From Entomortierella parvispora E1425 (lineage: Eukaryota; Fungi; Mortierellomycota): DNA of 64,000 bases. How positions within the stretch are numbered: position 1 is the first letter of the stretch; the number at the start of each line of letters is the position of its first letter. The stretch covers positions 1,550,001 through 1,614,000 of the forward strand of contig BQFW01000010.1 in assembly GCA_020891255.1 (NCBI GenBank), written 5' to 3'. The notes beneath the pieces were generated by a model that saw only the letters and a list, made by a program, of their open reading frames with translations, did not search any database and was not told the DNA's origin. Positions 1 through 10,245 of the stretch are shown here, one piece after another. The position numbers and the translations under genes were made by a program.

Positions 1-1
1 A

Positions 2-502
2 GGTGCTGCGACTCATCCGGGGGTCCCAGAGAAAGCGGGGCTGTTTCGTATCCCGAGGAAGCAACCACAGGCCCTACGGCCATCCAAGCAAAAACTGTCA
101 CCGCTCCGCTCTAAAAGTATGATCTCGCTCGAGATCAGGTCGCCGAGGCTTGGAGCTTTGGAGGAGGAACGCGAGGTTGACTTTCACGCCTTGAGTGAAA
201 ATGAAACAGATGCGAATGGAGAGGATAATGAGGCTAGGTCAGAGCAATTCAGGAACATTGGGGCCACTGCTATCGGGAACGAGGCCGAGATTCGGACAGG
301 CAGCCCAGGGGATCGAGACAAGAAAACGTTCCGAGCTGCAGTGTTGCGCGCGCTCAAACTTCCCCTGTTCAACCACACAGGAGATCAGGCAAGCAATAAC
401 AACAACTACAGTGAGAACAACGCGCGTCGACCGCCGCATCGTCGCCATTGGTCCCTTGCCTCACTTTCCGTTACTAGCCTTCCTTCCACCAATGCTTCTT
501 GA
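2..502 (+). CDS. 3' end of a gene entering from the left edge; low-complexity C-terminus, product unknown
   Basis: The frame of ORF 119..502 stays open back to position 2 (GAATHPGVPEKAGLFRIPRK...), so it is probably a terminal exon. No domain recognised. Confidence 0.45.
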   Translation, partial: GAATHPGVPEKAGLFRIPRKQPQALRPSKQKLSPLRSKSMISLEIRSPRLGALEEEREVDFHALSENETDANGEDNEARSEQFRNIGATAIGNEAEIRTGSPGDRDKKTFRAAVLRALKLPLFNHTGDQASNNNNYSENNARRPPHRRHWSLASLSVTSLPSTNAS

Positions 503-686
503 TAATAAACTCGGGTGATGAAAGCGTGAGTATCTGCCCTGATGTGATTTTTAAGCGATCGCTTTCAAAGACATCCTGTGTTTGTGATCAGCGGCGTGCG
601 GTCTCATCGTAAGAGTTGGTGTCTTGGGCTTGTCTCTAAAGTCTTTGTCTCTTATTCTGGCACACACACTGACCCACTCCGAAACC

Positions 687-1277
687 ATGCTATTCCCAGT
701 GCGCAAACCTTCTGCCGCCATGAAGACTCATGTTCATAAGGACGAGCATCGACTTCCAAATATTGAACCCTTCTCTAGCTCTCGTCTTTATCCGTATGCA
801 ACTACTCTTCATCAGCTTTGTACAGGAGCCAGCAAAGCAACCTCGATCGAAGAGGTTATATCCAACCGGCGAAGATTCCTTGCCGTGTATGAAGACATGC
901 AGGAAGAAGCGGCCCAACTCATAGATCAGGAGAGTCTTCTGCTTTTTCGAGGTGCGAGGGTTCTTCGAAACGAGCACATGGATAGATGTTTACAACATAT
1001 TTTAATCCTACGAGGCACAACGACCAGCGATGATTTGTCTCGGGTGCGTTCGACACATCCTGCTCCGGGGAACATTCCGAAGAGCAAAGACGACAGACTG
1101 GCCCGAAGAGAGCTGAAGAACAGCTACACAAGCATTCTTCGGAAATGGGTTGAAAGTCATACAACTCATCCCTTTCCCACGAAAGCAGAGAAATCTCAAC
1201 TCTGTCAGCAGGCGTCGATCACCGAACGACAGCTGAATACCTGGTTTACGAACTATCGCAGGAGACACATGAACTAG
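687..1277 (+). CDS. Small TALE-class (Homeobox_KN-like) homeodomain transcription factor, apparently intronless
   Basis: C-terminal 'SILRKWVESHTTHPFPTKAEKSQLCQQASITERQLNTWFTNYRRR' has the three-residue loop extension (PFP, cf. PYP) and the WFxNxR helix-3 motif. First ATG is at 687, in frame. Confidence 0.85.
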   Translation: MLFPVRKPSAAMKTHVHKDEHRLPNIEPFSSSRLYPYATTLHQLCTGASKATSIEEVISNRRRFLAVYEDMQEEAAQLIDQESLLLFRGARVLRNEHMDRCLQHILILRGTTTSDDLSRVRSTHPAPGNIPKSKDDRLARRELKNSYTSILRKWVESHTTHPFPTKAEKSQLCQQASITERQLNTWFTNYRRRHMN

Positions 1278-1515
1278 AAGTGCTAAAATAAAGCAATACA
1301 ATCGGCAACCGTGTCCATGTGACAATGACAAGTATAATAACGACCTAGCAAGAGTCCTTGATGACCAACCAGGATAACCTTGACGCCAGCTTCGCAAGGT
1401 CCTCCCTCGATAGAATCGCTTCGGTGACGTCATAAATCCCAGAATTTGAACCTCCCAGACCGTTGAACCACCATGGTCTCGTTGAATCCAACCACAACTG
1501 CCTCCGCCAACAATA

Positions 1516-2697
1516 ATGACCAATCATCCAAAGGAGCTCGACATTCACATTTCAGGAGGCCCACCAGAGGGGCTCATGTTCTCCATGAGTCCGGACGAAG
1601 ATGATCTCATGTCCATGATTGACTCGATGCAAGACATCACTTCTTTTGGAATTGCAGGACGAATTTGGGAAAGGTTCGGGCGCGAAAGTTCTTTTCAAAT
1701 GAGCCAGTGGCGATCACAAGCTGGGGGCGGTACCTGATTTTTTTATTACTCTTGTCACCCCCCTTTTAGTACCTACGTTCTGAATGCGTTTCTTCGTCGA
1801 CCATCAGAACAATTGACATTCACGCCTCAATGTCCGATACCCTCCGAGTACTTTTTAAGCTCAACAAAGACCTCTGCGGGGGCGGGGGCGGTGAAAGGTA
1901 AATTGAAACAAGACATCCAATGGGAAAGAGCGGCCGTTTTCTCCTCTTCTCCCCCAAAAACTCACAGGATTTCGTTTCTCCCCCATATGATAGAACAATC
2001 GTCGACTCTGGACCCTATCAGGATTGTTGAGCTGGGAGCTGGCACGGGCCTGGTCGGGATAGCCCTGGCCAAGAGATTGAACCCCTCTGCCACCTTGATG
2101 TTGACGGATCTGGAAGAGGTCATCCCGCTGCTGGAAAAGAATGTCCAAGATACCCAAGACTGGAGGCTTAAGAGCCATGGATCAGCTGCTTCAGCAGCAT
2201 GGATGCCCTCAGGACCCTCAGAACCAGCGTCAGAACGGCCCTCGACCAGTGCTCATCTAGAAGTAGAACCGCTTGCCTGGGGCAACTCGTCCCATGCTGC
2301 CAGGATCTTGTCCAAAGGACGCGTGGATTACGTCCTGGCGTGCGATTTGGTCTATTTCCCAGAATTGTACCCGCCACTGCTGCAAACACTCAGAGAGATC
2401 ACGGATCTGGACACCCGGGTGATCTTTGGGTACAAGGACCGCGCACACTGGAAAGAGATGCCCTTCTGGGAGCAGTTTGGGCGGTACTTTGAAATGGAGG
2501 TTGTACGGATCGAACGCAAGAAGAGCCCAGGCACGAGCGATGACGAGAATGAGGAGGACGAAGACGAACAATCAGACATCTTTGGATATGAGCAGGACAT
2601 GTTTATCTTTGTTGCAAAGAAGCGTCAAGACAAGGATATCTTGGCAGGCGTAGACGACACCTTGACCACCCTGATGATGATGCAGATTAGATATTGA
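1516..2697 (+). CDS. SAM-dependent protein-lysine methyltransferase, Methyltransf_16/METTL21 family; join(1516..1673,1770..2697)
   Basis: Splicing GT(1674)..AG(1769) gives 'GIAGRIWESTYVL'. Motif I is 'VELGAGTGLVG', followed by 'LTDL', 'LAWG' and 'LACDLVY' (DxxY). Confidence 0.9.
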
Positions 2698-2799
2698 AAA
2701 ATATAATAATACCAATTGTACTTTTACTTTCGTCTGAAAGATGCCCCACTTCAACAGAACCATCCCTCTTTCAAATGACTCTTGTCCCTTTTCCAAGAC

Positions 2800-3385
2800 T
2801 TTTGGGCACATTCGAGATTGGTACGAACAAGGCCATGCCCCGAAGCAAAGGGGGTCGTTCCAGGTCTGGAGGACAGTCCATTCTCGAAACGAGGACGACC
2901 TGATACTCTCGCACGTCGCCTTCTCGGTGGCCAGTGACCTGAATTTCGCGCTCTCCGCCGTTGTGCATATCCTCGTCGGTGGTCCCTGTGTGCACGGAAA
3001 TTGCCTAGTCGAAAAAAGCCTTCCGCGTGGCAAGCAAGTCCTGGCTCTGGGACAGCTTGACTTTGATGCTCGGGAGAGCGTATATGGTCTCTTGCTCCGC
3101 CTTGCAGGGGAAGTCAAACCGTCCTGGAGCCGCAGAGTGTGATGCTGCTCGGTGAGAATGCTCTTGAGCGCGACGAATCTTTTGATGTTCATCAGGACAC
3201 ACGCCAGCTTGTACTGGACACCAAACGTCTCCTTCTCCGCCACCTTGTTCACGACCGTATGACTGAACTTGGTGAACGTCGACTGCATCTCTAAGTAACC
3301 CTCTATGCGAGACCGAAAGCCCCGAAAATGTCGCTGTAGGTCTTCTCGTCCTCAGTCAGCGCGATTCCACGCGTCTTGCGGGCAC
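2800..3385 (-). pseudogene. Degenerate C-terminal fragment of a DDE transposase (DDE_Tnp_4/PIF-Harbinger-like)
   Basis: Minus strand reads 'RKTRGIALTEDEKTYSDIFGAF'. After a 1-nt shift near 3316 it continues 'RSRIEGYLEMQSTFTKF...YKLACVLMNIKRFV', resembling the LTxxExxYNxxxSxxRxxIE helix carrying the catalytic E. The 5' part is missing and the left boundary is approximate. Confidence 0.6.
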
Positions 3386-3661
3386 CCTTTTCAATTTCAA
3401 AACAAAAATCACCCCAAAAAGTGGTGTCACAGGCTGCGCGCAAGACAGGTCCACCGCAGGGCGCACAGCTGTTCTGGGCTGCACGGTTGCTGAGGGTAGC
3501 GAAGGCTGCCAGCAGCGTCGCGATATCCTGCACGAAAAAGCTGCGCGCGGGGGGGCCCAGCCGCCCACCTGTGGAGCCGGCATGGCTTCGAGGCTGGGCG
3601 CTGTACGCCACGCTGCTTGCAGCTGGTGGCAGCTGCAGGCGTATCTGGGGGTTCTCCGAGA

Positions 3662-3704
3662 CGGCGGCGCCTCGGATACGGCCGCCGACGTGACATGTCA
3701 CGTG
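3662..3704. promoter_or_regulatory. GC inverted repeat followed by a perfect 16-bp palindrome with an E-box, upstream of the Crinkler ATG
   Basis: CGGCGGC (3662-3668) pairs with GCCGCCG (3681-3687). ACGTGACATGTCACGT (3688-3703) is self-complementary. CACGTG lies at 3699-3704. Function is inferred. Confidence 0.4.
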
Positions 3705-3822
3705 ATTGAGACTCGCTGTGGGTGGGGTGGGCGTTACCATCAACAAAATGGGACACCCATCCATACACCTCTTCTCCATTCCCCCTTCAAAAAACACTTT
3801 TTTCTTTGCAATAACTCGTTCC

Positions 3823-5465
3823 ATGGCGGCAGACACACTCATACTCTTCTGTCTCGTCAGCGGTGAGCCCGCGTCAAATGCCTTCAAAGTCAGAATTGTA
3901 AACAAAGATGCGGACGTCGACGACCTCAAGGACTCAATCATATTGAAAAAACCGAGCGCATTCGAGCACATTGACGCCAACGACTTGATTATCTGGCGAG
4001 CCACAATTCCCGTTGACAAGACTTCAGAGAAAAAGTGTAAAATCACGATCGATGCTCTGGAGAATAAGACAGAGCTTGATAATCCAAGGACAAGGCTTTC
4101 TGAGATCTTCCCGGAGAATCCTGACGAAAGCACATATGTTGTTGTGGAACGGCCCAAAGGTATGTTCTCAACGAAGCTCTGAACCCTCTCTTATTGCATG
4201 GGGCCATCTCGCAAATAGCTCCCCAAGAAATACTCTGCGAGATGGCCCCGGTGGCTCGTGCGCGCTTACCAATCACCTCTTTAAAATGCATAGCCGCTAT
4301 CTCACCGCAAACATTGGAGTTGGAGGCGAAAATGGAGGAGCTGCTAGTGGAGCTGGAGGATCTGCGTGGAGGCAAGAGCACTGTTACGTTCAACGTGATT
4401 GTGCGACCCAACAGGACTGAGAGCTTCCCTTGGACGACAGACATAGAGACCGCGACTGTCGAGAAGCTTGAGAAAGCCATTTACGCAGCGCATCCGGACA
4501 GGGAGGACGGTGATGTTGTGGTGGGAATTATTCATTCGAGTGGGGGCAATAAGGAGTACCCCAGTGACCATGCACATTTCCGCGACATCCTTCAGCAGTA
4601 CTGGAGGACAAACATCAAGACATTAACAGTGGTGCTGGAGACACCGACCAAGAAGTACACCGACTTCACGCTCAAGGAGGTCAACACTCTCTACGACATT
4701 TCTAACATGGACCCTCCCAACATTTCTGACCTGCCGCCCTTCAATGACATCTCCACTGAAGCTCTCGACTCAGACTTGCACAAAGAGTCTCTACGACGAC
4801 TGCTTGACGAGCTCGACTCAAGGATTCGGGCGATACCAACAGATAACTCCTCGAACGAGGCCACGTGCTCTGCCTATGTCTGCTCGTTCCTCACGCAGGC
4901 TGTCCTGATTTTCAATGGCGAGCTGACACTTGCTCCAGAGAGGCCGCTCCGAGGCAAAAATGGTCATGGTAAAGTCGACTACGCGATCGAGGCACTTGCT
5001 AAGGACGGTACGAGACATGTTCTTGGTGTCACGGAGGTAAAGCACGAGAATTTTAAAAAGGGGCTGGCGCAGAATCTTGTGCAGCTGGAGTCATCGTTGA
5101 CCGTGGGGAAGCGCAAGCGCAGCACCGATGACGGTGATGATAGGGATGGAAAGCAAGAGGAGGACAACTCAGGTCCCCTGAGAGCGTATGGGATTGTCAC
5201 TGACGCCTCGTCCTGGTTTTTTGTGGAGTGCACCATCGACCCATCGAAAGACTCAGGGGAGCGCCCAAAGTTCGGGATTTCACAACTGGACGACATCATC
5301 AACTACAAAAAGAAGACTTGGAGAGCGGAAGCCGAGTCTGTGCTTGGGCAGATTGTGTGGCTCATGAGAAAAATGCAATCAGAGATCCCAGTCCGCGAGC
5401 TCAGGAGCAAAAAGCAGAAGTTCGCCGCACCTGAACAGTCTGCCAGTAAGATGCTGCGCGTGTAG
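3823..5465 (+). CDS. Crinkler (CRN) family protein with a ubiquitin-like N-terminal header and a PD-(D/E)xK REase-like C-terminal domain; join(3823..4159,4219..5465)
   Basis: N-terminus 'LFCLVSGEPASNAFKV...DDLKDSI...DANDLIIWRATIP...YVVVERP' is the typical fungal CRN header. The phase-1 intron 4160..4218 restores the frame. C-terminal 'GKVDYAI...GVTEVK...GLAQNLVQLES' matches the CR-REase D...ExK...Q pattern. Confidence 0.88.
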
Positions 5466-5519
5466 TTCAAAAACAGTTGTACTTCTAGCCGATGCTGTAA
5501 CAATATACCACTTTTTTAC

Positions 5520-6022
5520 TTTCAAAAAGTTTTTGTCCAAGAGGTTACATTGGTTACCGCTGTGATAAAGCCCGCATGGCTTCGTGAGGCACCGCGACAT
5601 CACGACATTGACGCGTGACTGAGGCTGCTGAGAAGCTTTCGGAGACGCCAGAGGGCGTCGATGGCGCTTTGGAGCGCACTGTGTTAAGCCCTCTCTTATT
5701 GACAGGTCCTCTCTAATTGAGCGGTAACCACTTTTAGGATCGCTTTTTGAAATGCAGCTGCGCGCGAGGAGCGCCAGGTGTTGAGCATGGTCCTTGCGAC
5801 GGTGGGTCTGTCCACGCTTCTCGGCAGCGCGAGCGTCAGGCGCCGCCCAGGAGCACATTGGCAGCCAGGAAACGGCCTATTCCGCCGAGAAGCAGCGCCA
5901 GCAGCAGGGTGATGTCAGCCTGGCACACAGCTGCCGTACATGTGGCAGCTGCGGGTGTGGCTTCTGGCAACCTTTTCTTTATCTTTCAAAAGTTTGCCTA
6001 AAAGTGGTTACACTGGTTACCG
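5520..6022. repeat. Three related ~35-45 bp motifs (TTTCAAAA(A)G...GGTTAC): two direct and one inverted; MITE-like or element-end-like
   Basis: Copies at 5520-5562 (+), 5722-5752 (-) and ~5982-6022 (+). A weaker copy is at ~3393-3430 (+). Confidence 0.6.
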
Positions 6023-6243
6023 TCAAAATAGAGAGACATGTGCGTGGCCGTGCGCAGCTGGGGGCGGTGAGGACGTCAGAGCGGCTCGTTGTGGCAGAGG
6101 AGGGTGTCTAGATTGAACAGAAATACTTTTCAGCGTGACGAGGTGGCTGGGTTCAGAGCTTCGTCAAGAGGGCGGCCTGACTCTGCCAGACCCTGAAAAA
6201 AAGCACATCAAGATGAGGAACTGCAGAATTCAAAGTAAGATGT

Positions 6244-9200
6244 TTAATGTGCTACTGGAATTGCGACTCTCTGAACGGCTAAGCTGCGACTCTGTTCACA
6301 GACTTCGGGATCCGAGTTACTTCGTCCCAAAGATGCAGAAGCATCCATTGAGGTCGGAGACGTGGACATTAAGCAGGCTGTGGAGGAAGGGAACGAGGCG
6401 CTGCTGCCATTGTTGTCACTGCTGTGGGTGTTGATGTTGTGGCGAGCATTGTCTTCCTGTAGCGATAGCGAAGACAGCGAAGGAACGCTACCAGACCCAT
6501 TCTGATCCTCATCACAATTCATGAGCCACTCTCGAAGCACGCGCTCCACGAGTCTTAACGTCGTCGGGCTCGCCGGTCTCGGCTGAGAGTCCCGCCGAAT
6601 CACTGGCTCAATGACCTGCGGAAAGGGTGGGGATGGAGGTGTCGAGACTTGTACATGGAAGGTAGTGGCGCTGGCGCTGCTCGTTACTGATGCGAACGTT
6701 GTCGATTCCCTGTCTTGCTCCTCCGTAGGGGACCGATGCTGTAGCTCTTGCTCACCATATCCATATCGAAGATTGGACGCGCCTACTCCATTTCCTGTCT
6801 TCTTCAGCTTCTCCTTCTTGACCGTCTCCGCCACCAGGACTGGACTCGGGCAGGCGGAAGGTGTCATCGTCCACCGTCCTTCATTTCCAGGAACAAGACC
6901 ACCATTACCATCACTGTTGTAATGGCCGTACATCGCCATCCCGGTTGAACTCGGAAACGAAAAACCTGCCGAAGAACCAGAGTCACTCCGACTTTTGGCC
7001 GCCAAGGCTGCCTGAGCTGCCGCGGCCTGATGAGCAGAAGCCGACGATGTTGAGCTCCCAGGCAAGACAGTGGCGTGAGTTATGGATGGGGAGGAAGATG
7101 GTGTTGAAGAGCCGTTGCTGTGAATACGACTTGCAAGGAGGACGGGGGAATGACTACTCTGTCGATCCCGGTATGTGATCTTGGCGTTCAGATGTCTAGA
7201 CTGTTCCAAGAAACGTTCTTTGGCCTCCCATTCCCGCAAATGACTCCTGAGCTCCCCGTCCAAATTGCCTCCTCCCAACTCGTCCAGCAGTCGAACAATC
7301 TCGGCCCGTTTGTATGTGGAAGATCGCAAGGTTGTGTTGGTAAGTAAGGGGCCCATGACTCTCAAGTACGCATGTCGTAAAGACTCTTCTTCCTCGGGAA
7401 GGTCCCAAAGCTCTCGAATCACCACATCAACCAGGACCTGGAGATCGTTTGTGTAAAAGAATCCCTGGAGGGCGGACAAGGTCGACGTTAAGAGCAGATA
7501 GAGAAGCTTGAGGATCAACATTTGTAACGATGCCTCCTCTATATGTCCAATTAAAAACAATAGGGTGTGTTAGGCAAGACTTCAAGAAGCAATGCAAAAA
7601 GCGGCAATACCCAAGGATCGTTGAGTTCCTCCCCTTCTAAAACAAATGCCTTGCTTACCTGCTCTATTCAACATGAAGATCAAATTCTCTCCGAACGTAG
7701 TGCTGGCTCCTGGCCTATCTGCAAGAGCGTACAGAAGCGGGTTGCCACTGTAATGCAAAACTTTGGCGATGGGTGGGGTATAAGGACGCTCATTGCTGCC
7801 GTTGCTATTGGCTCGAGCGGCCACGGTCGCCTGACAAGCAGCCTTGTGCAACATGAATTGCTCGTTAAAGGCCAACAATAGTTTTATGGTGCCGTAGTTC
7901 AAAAGTTCATCCGCGTCAGTCCGGGTTCGCTCCACGAGATCCAGCAGAAAATGCAAGAAGTCCTCGTCAATAAGAACTGGCACAGACAAAGATTCACGCG
8001 TTAATACCTGGACGAAAAATGACGATTGGGTTCAACTAATGAGAAACTAGTGCGGAGTCCTCCTCCATTGTAACTTACCCAGGTCGCACGGTTTCAGAGA
8101 CTGGACTCTACATATTTCAAACATAATGTTGATGGCCAGAATCTGCATCTTGGACGCTATTCCAGATAATAGAGACACTGGTGAATACAATGGAACTTGG
8201 GTCGAGAGTTGGGCACCAAGGCTAGACGGATATACCTTCGAATTGAAAGATCTGGTACTTGAGTTTCGCAAAATATTCGCTCCGAAGCATCCAGTGATAA
8301 ATCTTTGGGAATTCCTTGCCTGCGTACAACAGAATATGGTATGTGATCCACATGTCCTTCTCGGAAGGGCTCTGTGACATGAAAGGAAAGGTGCAGAGAT
8401 AACATTTGTCAGCCAGAGAGCGATCAGCAAAAGGACGGGGCGCAATCTCCTCACTTCATAAGAAAAAGCATGTAGATATGAACGATTGCAATAGATCGCC
8501 CAGCCCACACAGAAAGAGTTGTCCGGACCAGAAAACCCGGACGAGTATTGATCACACCTCTAATGACTTCGATCCGTGTCTGAACAAAGCTCCACGGAAG
8601 ATCTCCCGTGGGAGTAGATGGGAGCACAAAGTCTAAAGTCGATTTCGACTTCAGTGCAACTGTCGCACAAAGACAAGGGCTGGTAGCGGGGGAAGGTCTG
8701 CTGCGTTTTGCGTCATCGAAACACGATTGCTTGACCCTCGTACCCTGCGCCCACGCCCTCCTGACAGTTCCCAAGGCATTAGGCATTACGTGCATTGCTC
8801 CTGGCTGCATCACTCCTCCTGTTTCTGCCTTTGACCTTTCCCCTCTATGACTTGCAACAATAACAACAAGAAAAAAGATATTACCTGTACAGCCCGGTCA
8901 ATGATCGAGCTGGTGATGCTCAGCGTGTTGTTGAGAAACAAATCCGAATCAAAGAGGCGGTAGCAGCAGTGAGCCAGATCCTGACCAGAGGCGCCATCCA
9001 GGAACTCGTCTGCAATTCGTTCAATTAAAAGTATAAAAAGGCAATATGAGGATCAGAAACATGCGCACCAACGAAAAGAGGGGCCCCACATGGGCGGTCA
9101 GTCATCCCTTTGTCAAAAAAAATAACAGAACCCAAACAGAAAAAGAAGGCCAGGGGGTAGGGAACAAGACAACCACGCACACACAGGCACAACAACGGCC

Positions 9201-9599
9201 AGGCGTGCGCACCTTTTGTTGTCTCTCGACCTCCTTAAAAATAAAGGTGCGATCCTAAAAAAAAAAACTCTGGCAGCCCGTCTACTGCTTTTTTTCTCGT
9301 GGTTTTTTTCTTTGCTTCTGTACCTTGGTACTGGACGATCAACGAGATGAAGGTGTTGACTTGAGATTCTGGATTATCATGGAATCCGCCTTCTTCCAGC
9401 AGGTCGCTCAGTTCTACTCGGAGAAAGCAAGGAAGGAAAAGAAAATGAATGGGTCAGTCATGGTCCCCATCGTGAAATGCAGACTAGGTAATTTCTGTGT
9501 AATGTGCAAATAGAGGTGACTGCATCAATGACAAGTCCTGAAGGGATTACCGGCATAGAACTGTGCGGAGGATTCGAACTGGTAGGTAACAAAGTCCAT
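6244..9599 (-). CDS. LDB17: Ldb17/Dip1/SPIN90 (DUF2013)-like Arp2/3 activator, multi-exon
   Basis: Exons read 'MDFVTYQFESSAQFYA', 'LAHCCYRLFDSDLF', 'NYGTIKLLLAFNEQFM', 'TFGENLIFMLNR' and 'FFYTNDLQVLVDVVIRELWDLPEEEESLRHAYLRVMGPLLTNT', all conserved family motifs. Confidence 0.88.
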
Positions 9600-10245
9600 G
9601 GCATGAGATCCAGTGGAATGCAAGGGGAATGCGGACGAGAAAAGAGTGTTGGCAGGTGTGAAGGGTATATTCCGCCAACGTTTTCGGGCCGGCAGGAAGG
9701 AAAGAGAGTTGGAGGAGAGGAGAGGAGAGATGGACACACAGAAGAGATGGAGGGCAATGAACAATGAAGAGAACGGTATGTACTGAGGAAATGAAATAAA
9801 AAAAGAGTAAAAAAAGAAAAGTGGAGGTGGGGGTGGAAGAGAGGAAAGAAAGAAAAGAAAGACACATTTCCAAAAAGCTTAAAACGGTGAATTGATCCAT
9901 CGATCGATGCTCTTCTCGGCGCCATGGTGTCACCCAGTCCGAAGGAAGAGCTCTCCACCGAGCATCTCCACGCTCTACTCTGAGCAGGTGCCCAAACTCT
10001 GTCAACACTCTCCCCACTCTTCCCACATCGCCCAACGCGACCTCCAGCCGTCGACCACAGCCCGCGCCTTCAGCCATTCACCCAGCCATTGTCGGGCGAA
10101 GCATCCATTTTATTGTATTCGCAGCCAAATGCTTGTGCTGTATTGTCCATGCACAGATGCATCTTTGTTCACTGCCCCTTGTAGCGCCTCCAGTCATCTA
10201 TTGCCCCTTCTTTTTATGTGTCGCTTGTGTGCCGTGAGAATGCCT

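Noticed and set aside
2741-3142. Plus-strand 133-aa ORF
   Set aside because: It is the antisense shadow of the minus-strand transposase remnant; no motif of its own.
3303-4157. Minus-strand 284-aa ORF as a real gene
   Set aside because: It is a composite of antisense CRN exon 1, GC-rich promoter and the transposase fragment; only the last ~25 codons are meaningful.
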